A stretch of 51,604 nt of DNA from a virus (taxonomy: Duplodnaviria > Caudoviricetes), in the IMG/VR virus record IMGVR_UViG_3300036861_000596, positions 1 through 51,604 of that record; one strand, written 5' to 3'. Positions 45,180 through 51,604 of this stretch are shown piece by piece. Position 1 is the stretch's first letter, and each line of letters opens with the position of its first letter. The notes below the pieces were generated by a model. The model searched no databases. It was not told the origin of the DNA and was given only the letters and a program-made list of their open reading frames with translations. Both the position numbers and the translations under genes were made by a program.

Positions 45180-45773
45180 CTAACCTCGCAGGTGTGCTTT
45201 CTGGGTGTTCATGGCGCTGTGGGCGCCGAGCTGGGCGAGCTGGGTCTGGACCCGCTCGCCCTTCTGCCGTAGATAGTCGGTGTCCTTGAAGGTGGTGAGG
45301 GGGTAGGGGCGGGGGAGGCGCGTGACGAGGTCGTCGAGGGGGGCGCCGAAGTAGAGGTGGACGGGGAGGCCCGGCACCTCCAGGGAGCCGAGCGGCGGGC
45401 CGAAGTGCTGGGTACACATCGCAACGGCGGCGTCCTGGTCGGCGGGGATGGCCACGTAGAGCCGCTGCCACCCCATCACCTGGAGATCCCGCGCCTGACA
45501 GGCCCGCAGCTTGCTCGCCACGCCTTGTCGGCGGTGGGTTGGGAGCACGGCGAGGCCGAAGTCGTCGGCCACCCCCTCCGGCATGAGCCCGACCGCGGCG
45601 TACCCGACGACCTGCCCCTCCACGACCGCCTTGTGGACGTGGTACACGGGCCAGTGCAGCAGCTCGAAAAGGCCCCCGTCGAGCAGGAAGGGGTTGTATC
45701 GGCGGAGCGCCTGCACCGCCGCCCGATCAGCCCAGCTCGCCATATATACCCGACTAAGCATCCGACTAAGCAT
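45180..45773 (-). CDS. GNAT acetyltransferase-fold protein
   Basis: VVGYA, LAVLPTHRRQGVASKL acetyl-CoA motif; between nozzle and ejection genes. Confidence 0.8.
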   Translation of the reverse strand: MLSRMLSRVYMASWADRAAVQALRRYNPFLLDGGLFELLHWPVYHVHKAVVEGQVVGYAAVGLMPEGVADDFGLAVLPTHRRQGVASKLRACQARDLQVMGWQRLYVAIPADQDAAVAMCTQHFGPPLGSLEVPGLPVHLYFGAPLDDLVTRLPRPYPLTTFKDTDYLRQKGERVQTQLAQLGAHSAMNTQKAHLRG

Positions 45774-47208
45774 CTCGTCTCCCAATCTTGACGGCGCCCA
45801 TCTCCAACCCGTACGCCGCGAACCCGGTCGTGCTGTTCGTGATCTCGCTCTGGAAGGCCCGCCCGACGATGTGGCCGCCCGCCAGCGCCCCGTGCGCGCG
45901 GTGGAGCTGGAAGTCATACCCCGTCTTGGCCATGGCCACCGTCTCCTTCGTCGTGAAGGTCTGGTTGCCGTCGACGGCGTATTTGATGACGGCGTTGCCG
46001 GCCTGGGCCTTGAGCCACCAGTCCATGTCCCGGAGGCCCCACACACTGCCCGGGTTGCCGAAGACGAACACCTTCGAGCGGGCGCGGCCGACGACGGTGC
46101 TGGCGTTCCAGGTCGTGCCGTTGTCGAATTCCAACACGTACGAGTCGCTCGTCCCGATGTAGACGCGGCGGCGGCCGTTGGCGTCGGGGAGGGACTGGAA
46201 GCTGGTCCCCGTCGTGGTGAAGGGCCAGAAGGCGATATCGTCGTCGGTGAGGGTGTTCAGGTCGAGGATGAGGCCGACGCTGGTGTAGCCGTCGAAGAGG
46301 GTAGCCCCGAGCGACATGACGACCCAGTTCCGCATCGGGTAGTAGGCGGCGGCGCCCTGGTCCACGTTCACCCAGTCCACGCTATCGAGGAGGCGCCGCA
46401 TGCGCCGGGTCGGGAGGATGACCTGCCGGCCCTGGAGGAACCCCGGCCCGCCCTCGGTCCACATGAACAGCCCCTTCGGGGTCCAGCAGATCATGTTCGG
46501 GGCGCGGGAGCCGAGCGTGGCGAGCCGCTTCGGGGCGAAGGTGACGGGGCTGTAGCCGGCCAGGTACCAGACCGACCGGTCCTTCACGAAGAGGTTGTAC
46601 TCATCGACGGGGACGACGGCGTTGATCTGCTCGCCATCGTCGAGGCCGATGTTGACGATGTTGCTGACGGGCCAGGTCGTGGCGGTGGCGGTGTCGCTGT
46701 AGCGCACCTCGGTTCCGTCGTGGCCGGTCGCCAGGATGAAGTCGCCCTGGACGCTGAGGTACTTCGCGGCCGGGGGCGAGCCGGCGAGGGCGTGGAACGT
46801 GCCGGTCGGGCCCCCCCACGCCATCATCGTCCGCCCGTTGGTGATGATGAAGGAGTTGTTGAAGACGATGGATTTGGGCCAGGGGCGCAGGTCACCGTTG
46901 TAGGTGGACGAGAGGCTGGTCCAGTTCCCCGACGTGCGGTAGCCGATCACGTCGTTGTTGCTGGTGGTGATGAAGTACTTGGTCCCGCTGTTCTGCTCGT
47001 ACTTGTGGACGCTGGTGAGCGCCCCCCCACCAGGGAAGGCGGTGCTGACGAGGCGGGCCGCGCCGGGGATGACCTTGAGCCCCTGATCCCACACCACGTT
47101 CTGCGAGTCGGCCAGCTCGTCCTCGGCGAGGCTGAAGGGCGGGTCGGTATAGTTCGGCCCCTGGCGGAAGCTGTGTTGGCGTTGGACGGTCAGCTCTTCG
47201 ACGCTCAT
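45766..47208 (-). CDS. Tail nozzle / DNA stabilization protein (P22 gp10-like)
   Basis: 480 aa beta-propeller-like; VRYSD, LFVKDRSVW. Confidence 0.7.
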   Translation of the reverse strand: MSVEELTVQRQHSFRQGPNYTDPPFSLAEDELADSQNVVWDQGLKVIPGAARLVSTAFPGGGALTSVHKYEQNSGTKYFITTSNNDVIGYRTSGNWTSLSSTYNGDLRPWPKSIVFNNSFIITNGRTMMAWGGPTGTFHALAGSPPAAKYLSVQGDFILATGHDGTEVRYSDTATATTWPVSNIVNIGLDDGEQINAVVPVDEYNLFVKDRSVWYLAGYSPVTFAPKRLATLGSRAPNMICWTPKGLFMWTEGGPGFLQGRQVILPTRRMRRLLDSVDWVNVDQGAAAYYPMRNWVVMSLGATLFDGYTSVGLILDLNTLTDDDIAFWPFTTTGTSFQSLPDANGRRRVYIGTSDSYVLEFDNGTTWNASTVVGRARSKVFVFGNPGSVWGLRDMDWWLKAQAGNAVIKYAVDGNQTFTTKETVAMAKTGYDFQLHRAHGALAGGHIVGRAFQSEITNSTTGFAAYGLEMGAVKIGRRDA

Positions 47209-47798
47209 GTGCTGGAAGGGATCAACTCGACGACGAGAAGATGGGCGGTGATAGCATCACTCGCATTGGCAAGTTGTCCTTTCACCGCGATCTTGAGCGC
47301 GGCTCCCGTCGAGGTAGCAGTACTCGTCGCAGACGTGTCGGCGGTGAGCCCCACTGAGAAGGCGACGATGCTCGTATCGAATAGGGAGGATCCCACCACC
47401 CGCTGCACGGCCTCGCTGGCTACGTTGAAGAGAGTGGCTTGGTAGAGCCAATCACCCGTAAAACCGACCAGGGTGGCATGCTCCTGGAAGACATGGTCCG
47501 TACCGGCCCCATCAGTGAGGACAAGGCGGACGGTCTTTACGCCGTTCGTGCCGGTGATGGTCCCACCCGCAACGATTCGCAGCCCGCCGGACTTACCGAT
47601 CTGACCCGAGCTGAAATTGATCGACTGGAGCGTTTGAAAGGAGCCGGCCCCTGACGTAGTCCCGGAAGTGGCGTTGAACCCGAGCAACCGGGTGCTCTTG
47701 CGGTACACAAATTCGTACAACGTCCCGTCGGAGACGCTTTTCGGGTTGTAGTCTTGACGGGACAGGAGCAGCGGAGCAGATTCGTCGGCGATGGCCAT
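47205..47798 (-). CDS. Putative tail-associated protein
   Basis: 197 aa, S/T/G-rich beta. Confidence 0.6.
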   Translation of the reverse strand: MAIADESAPLLLSRQDYNPKSVSDGTLYEFVYRKSTRLLGFNATSGTTSGAGSFQTLQSINFSSGQIGKSGGLRIVAGGTITGTNGVKTVRLVLTDGAGTDHVFQEHATLVGFTGDWLYQATLFNVASEAVQRVVGSSLFDTSIVAFSVGLTADTSATSTATSTGAALKIAVKGQLANASDAITAHLLVVELIPSST

Positions 47799-47812
47799 TT
47801 GTATCAGCGATG

Positions 47813-47821
47813 TGCTATACT
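47813..47821 (+). promoter_or_regulatory. Extended -10 promoter for the antisense moron
   Basis: TGCTATACT followed by GGGAGG RBS. Confidence 0.55.
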
Positions 47822-47840
47822 TCTGCTGGGAGGCGGAATC

Positions 47841-48215
47841 ATGAAGAAGATAGCACTCCTTCTACTTCTGGTCGCAGGACCAGCGGTCGCCAACGAGTTC
47901 TACGCGTTCGATCCCGCCTTTCCTGGCGGGGCTCATCCAGCGGACTGTGGCAATATCGACACGTTTGGGAATCGTTGGCTCATCGTGGGAGCCGGGCCTG
48001 GTGGCGAGCCCCGCGTGAACGCCTACGTGATCCGGGGTGGAGAAGCCCAGGGGCCGATCTATTCGTGGTTAGCCTACGACCCGCGGTTTGCCGGCGGAGT
48101 ATGGGTCACGTGCGGGGTGGTAGGGCTCTACACGGTCGTCTGGACCGGTGCGGGCCCGGGGGGCGGCCCTCATATCCGATCATGGGTCATGCCTGGCCCC
48201 CAAATCCCTTACTAG
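47841..48215 (+). CDS. Secreted protein with two FG-GAP-like repeats (moron)
   Basis: Signal peptide MKKIALLLLLVAGPAVA; A(F/Y)DPxFxGG...GAGPGGxP twice. Confidence 0.75.
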   Translation: MKKIALLLLLVAGPAVANEFYAFDPAFPGGAHPADCGNIDTFGNRWLIVGAGPGGEPRVNAYVIRGGEAQGPIYSWLAYDPRFAGGVWVTCGVVGLYTVVWTGAGPGGGPHIRSWVMPGPQIPY

Positions 48216-48925
48216 GTCGTGTTGATGCGGATCGTCTCGACGGGGTAGGGGCGGGAGTAATACTGGCGGTAGTTGGTCTCGCGGGGGACGAGGCGGGGAC
48301 CCTGTTCCTTGCGCGGCTTGTTGAAGGTGCGGCTCACCTGTCCGAGGAGGCGCTGGTACTCGGCCCACATGAACTGGGCCCGCTTCTCGTCCCGGTCCTT
48401 CAGGCGGCACTTCCAGACTGCGTAGGTGACGATGGGGCGATCGAACCACTCGGGATAGCCGCTGCTTGCCGTCGAGCCGCTCATCCGGGCCGGCCGATAC
48501 GAGTACAGCATGCGTAGCCCACTAGCGAGGGCCGAGGTGGGCTTGGGGTAGAGCCCGATGGTGTTCGAGCGCCAGTACCAGCTCGTGGGGGGTGTGGTCG
48601 CGCCCCCGGTGACGGTGCTGTCTTCCCAGTCGAGTACGTCCCGGAAGAGCGACTCGTATGTCGTCTCCTCCAGCGTGACCCACGATCCCGACCCCCCGTA
48701 GTGGACCTGCTTGACGTTGATGGTGTCGGTGGGGAGGCCATATTCGGCTTGGCTGGCGACCACGTCGGCCGTCGCCGTCGCGACGAGCGGCTCCACCTGC
48801 ACCGCGATATCATCCACGGCATCATAGAGCCACTGGTCGATCTCGGTCAGGGCGAAGAACCCGCTCGTCTCGCCGAGCCGGGCGAGGACTTCGGTCTCCA
48901 TCTCGGCCCGGGTCATGTTCGCCAT
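48212..48925 (-). CDS. Head-tail adaptor protein
   Basis: EYGLPTD, P.SWY, IGLYPKP, IVTYAVWKC..KD pattern; position. Confidence 0.7.
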   Translation of the reverse strand: MANMTRAEMETEVLARLGETSGFFALTEIDQWLYDAVDDIAVQVEPLVATATADVVASQAEYGLPTDTINVKQVHYGGSGSWVTLEETTYESLFRDVLDWEDSTVTGGATTPPTSWYWRSNTIGLYPKPTSALASGLRMLYSYRPARMSGSTASSGYPEWFDRPIVTYAVWKCRLKDRDEKRAQFMWAEYQRLLGQVSRTFNKPRKEQGPRLVPRETNYRQYYSRPYPVETIRINTT

Positions 48926-48927
48926 GG

Positions 48928-50856
48928 CTAGATGGGGTCCACGGCGAAGCCGAACCCGGAGACCTGCGCCGACGTGCCGGTGGCGTTGTTGACGAACTTG
49001 AGGGCGAGAAAGTCTCCCGCCGAGCAGGTGGCGGTGTTCGCCACGTTGGAGACGGTGCCGAAGGCGGCCCCTGCGGCCACGGTCGCCGCAATCGATGTAT
49101 CGGCGGCGTTGCGCCGAATGGTGGCGACGAGGCTCCCGGACGCGGGCTGCGTGTTGTTGGTGCGGACGTAGAAGTCCCGCATTGTCCCCGCGCGGGGGAC
49201 CATGAAGACCCGGTTGGCCTCGGTCGTGTTGAAGGACTCGGAGCCTTGGCCGCCGTAGGTCGTGGTGCTGGCTGCGATCGTCGCCACCCCCAACGTGCCG
49301 CTGAAGAAGCTGGAGGGGAGACGGACGTTGTTGACGTAGGGGGCGGCGGCGAGGTTGAGGGTGCCGGCGCCCTTGTCGGTGCCGGTGGGGGTCCCGATCT
49401 GGACGCCCGGGCCGATCCGCATGCGCTCGACGAGGGTTGCCGAGCCCGCCGTGGTCGTGGACAGGCGCAGGTGGCTGCCCTGCTGGGTAGTGTTCCACGC
49501 CTCGCTCGCCACCCCGACGATCTGAATGGCGCTGTTGTTGAAGGCGGCCCCGGTGTGGCCTCCGATCTCGATGGCCCCGAGGAAGTCGGACGAGTTGACG
49601 AGGACCGGCGTCGCCGCCGTGCCCCGGGCCTTTCGCAGAATGAGCTGGACCTGGTTCGCGTTGGCCGCGTAGCCGGTCAGGACGAGGTTCCGCAGGGTCG
49701 CGTTGACGGCGTCGTCGACGATTTCCATCGCCCCCGTCGTGGCCCGGATATGCAGGTCTCCCGACCCCGACGTGTGGACGTGGCCCTGTTGGTTGCTGTC
49801 GAGATAGATGAGGTTGCCGACCGCCTTGTCGCTCAGCACCCCGCCGGTCGTGTTGGACTCCACCCACGGGTAGAGCACCACACACCCCTTCGTCGAGCCA
49901 GCGTCGGTCGAGACCCCTAGGCGAATCCCATACGCCCCGTTGCTGCTGTAGATCCCGCCGATGAGGACGAGGCCCTGCCCGCTGTATCGGAGCCCGTCGC
50001 TGGTGTTGGCGTTCGCCTCACACCCCAGCATCAACGGCCCGTTGTTGTCGGCCGAGCCGCTCGCATCCTCAACGATGTTGAAGCCGTGGCCGCCGTTCGA
50101 GTAGGCCGCGCACGCCTCGAAGGTCATCAGGTTGTTGTTGGCGGTCCCGCTCGGGACCCGGACGCCATCGCTCAGGAACCGCTTGATGACCACGTCCTTG
50201 AAGTGGGATCGGTTGCCACCGGCGATGGTGATGCCGATGGCGCCCGCGTTCGCACCGTCGAGGACGAGGTTCTCGATCTGGACGGGAGCCGTGATGGAGA
50301 GCGCGTTGATCGACCCGCTGGTGCGGATGATGGAGCCGTTCGTCACGTCGGCGGCGACGCGGGCGGCACGGGTCCCGATGATCTTCTGGCCCTGGTTGGC
50401 GAGGGTCAGCGCAGTGGTGATAAGATAGATCCCGGCGGGGACAACCACGTCCTTGCCGCTGGCGATGGCGTTCGTCAGGGCGGTCGTGTCGTCGGTGGTC
50501 CCGTCCCCCGTGGCCCCGAACTCCTTCACGTTCGCCCACATCGACTGCACGCCCATCGTCGTGAGGGTGCCGGCAGTGACTCGCAACTCGACGGTCGAGC
50601 CGGCGGCGAAGGACTGCGCGGTGGTGCTCTCCTGGGCGCGGTTCCCCGCGGAGGTGGTCAGCGTGTCGGACGACCGGGCGGTGATCTTGATGATCTCCCG
50701 GTTGGAGCCGTTCTCGACCGTCACCAGGAAATAGTCTCCCCCGGTGGGGCTGGGGAAGGCGGCCCCACCCCCGGCCGCGAGAACAAGCGAGGTAGACCCC
50801 GACGTGATGGCGGTCAGGAGGGTGCTGGAGGCGTTGTTGGAGAGCTTCTGTGCCAT
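48928..50856 (-). CDS. Tailspike/tail fibre with pectate-lyase-like beta-helix
   Basis: NVKEFGATGDGTTDDT, VPAGIY, parallel beta-helix repeats. Confidence 0.85.
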   Translation of the reverse strand: MAQKLSNNASSTLLTAITSGSTSLVLAAGGGAAFPSPTGGDYFLVTVENGSNREIIKITARSSDTLTTSAGNRAQESTTAQSFAAGSTVELRVTAGTLTTMGVQSMWANVKEFGATGDGTTDDTTALTNAIASGKDVVVPAGIYLITTALTLANQGQKIIGTRAARVAADVTNGSIIRTSGSINALSITAPVQIENLVLDGANAGAIGITIAGGNRSHFKDVVIKRFLSDGVRVPSGTANNNLMTFEACAAYSNGGHGFNIVEDASGSADNNGPLMLGCEANANTSDGLRYSGQGLVLIGGIYSSNGAYGIRLGVSTDAGSTKGCVVLYPWVESNTTGGVLSDKAVGNLIYLDSNQQGHVHTSGSGDLHIRATTGAMEIVDDAVNATLRNLVLTGYAANANQVQLILRKARGTAATPVLVNSSDFLGAIEIGGHTGAAFNNSAIQIVGVASEAWNTTQQGSHLRLSTTTAGSATLVERMRIGPGVQIGTPTGTDKGAGTLNLAAAPYVNNVRLPSSFFSGTLGVATIAASTTTYGGQGSESFNTTEANRVFMVPRAGTMRDFYVRTNNTQPASGSLVATIRRNAADTSIAATVAAGAAFGTVSNVANTATCSAGDFLALKFVNNATGTSAQVSGFGFAVDPI

Positions 50857-50863
50857 GGTCCCC

Positions 50864-50992
50864 TTAGAGGGTGCGAATGTTCCAGGTCGTCGAGATGACG
50901 ACGGGCTTGATCCACAGGATCGACGGCCCGTTCACGTCCCCCTGGTGCTGGACGCTGTCGGTGGCGTTGACGGCGACCTTGTTGAGCAGCAT
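50864..50992 (-). CDS. Small hypothetical protein (42 aa)
   Basis: MLLNKVAVNATD... fills the gap. Confidence 0.45.
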   Translation of the reverse strand: MLLNKVAVNATDSVQHQGDVNGPSILWIKPVVISTTWNIRTL

Positions 50993-50995
50993 GGG

Positions 50996-51307
50996 CTAGG
51001 CTTGGAAGTAGGTAACCTGGAGGACGCCGCTCGTACCCGTCGAGCGGATGGTCTTGAACTGGCTCAGGTTGTCGGACCCCCAGATGGTAAACGAGTCCCC
51101 CGAGTTGAGGAGGTGCCCGTTCGTGGCCGCGTTGACCGTGCCCCCGTCGAAGCGGTAGCGGAGCTGGGCTGTCTCAGCGGTCATGAAGGCCCCGATCACC
51201 TGGCCCCCGTTGATAGGGTCGAGCTTCGTGGCGGTGAGCGTGACGACCGTCGAGCCCACCGCGAGGCGCTCGAAATCGACGGCCCGGTACATCTCTCGGA
51301 TGAACAT
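50996..51307 (-). CDS. Small putative virion protein
   Basis: LRYRFDGG...GHLL...LQVTYF pattern; TAATG coupling. Confidence 0.65.
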   Translation of the reverse strand: MFIREMYRAVDFERLAVGSTVVTLTATKLDPINGGQVIGAFMTAETAQLRYRFDGGTVNAATNGHLLNSGDSFTIWGSDNLSQFKTIRSTGTSGVLQVTYFQA

Positions 51308-51540
51308 TACGTTCCCTCTGCCGTGTTCGCAGCCGGCACGACGTTCGCGTTCAAGAAGTTGACGAGGGTCGTGATCTGCCCCCCAGAGAGGGGCACGTCC
51401 ACGCGCTTGACCGACCCGAAGTCGGAGCCATCTTGGAGCTTGGGCTGGTAGGCACAACGCACTACGAAATCCCGTCCAATCAGGACTTCGAGAATGTCGG
51501 CGACGACGATGGGGACCTGCGTGTAGACCTTGTTAGCCAT
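51307..51540 (-). CDS. Hypothetical protein spanning the circular junction
   Basis: 77 aa; its start is also present at position 63. Confidence 0.6.
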   Translation of the reverse strand: MANKVYTQVPIVVADILEVLIGRDFVVRCAYQPKLQDGSDFGSVKRVDVPLSGGQITTLVNFLNANVVPAANTAEGT

Positions 51541-51604
51541 TTAGAGTACCCATTCCAGGAGGACAAAGCCTGCGGCCCCAGCTCCACCCGTGGTCGAGCC
51601 CGCC

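Noticed and set aside
48928-50856. Diversity-generating retroelement acting on the tailspike
   Set aside because: No reverse transcriptase and no template/variable repeat pair seen
51478-51604. 127-bp terminal repeat as a biological terminal repeat or att site
   Set aside because: The length equals a common assembler k-mer and it falls within coding sequence; it indicates circular assembly only
1-51604. Stop-codon reassignment or CTAG enrichment
   Set aside because: Core genes are intact in the standard code and there is no suppressor tRNA; CTAG looks frequent but I could not show enrichment without counting

Overview
The window is one complete, circularly assembled, GC-rich tailed bacteriophage genome. 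Bases 1-127 are identical to 51478-51604, giving a unit length of about 51,477 bp. The gene content suggests a podovirus-like, probably temperate phage of a diderm host. The genome has two arms. The minus-strand late arm starts near 17.1 kb with tRNA-Asn, TerS, TerL, portal, scaffold, decoration protein and major capsid protein. It continues through a glycan-biosynthesis cassette and small fibre-like proteins, crosses the contig junction, and runs through tailspike, adaptor, nozzle, GNAT, ejection-type proteins and an M15 endolysin/lysis module, ending near 38.5 kb. The plus-strand early/middle arm (17.6-38.4 kb) has sigma70-type promoters, a tyrosine recombinase, an ECF-like sigma factor, a PD-(D/E)XK nuclease with Sak4-like ATPase and SSB, a PAPS-reductase-like protein, a UDG-PolA polymerase, an RNase H-like exonuclease and many small ORFs. 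The most striking element is the glycan cassette inside the virion operon (2.7-8.0 kb). It holds two GT2-like and one GT4-like glycosyltransferases, an NDP-sugar C-methyltransferase, a second SAM methyltransferase and a plant-type RGP/UDP-arabinopyranose mutase (GT75) homologue, which points to phage-directed virion glycosylation. Other notable items are a UDG domain split by an inserted membrane-protein gene, two dispersed paralogous Trp-rich microproteins, and an antisense FG-GAP-like secreted moron. All family calls come from motif recognition by eye; no database searches were run.
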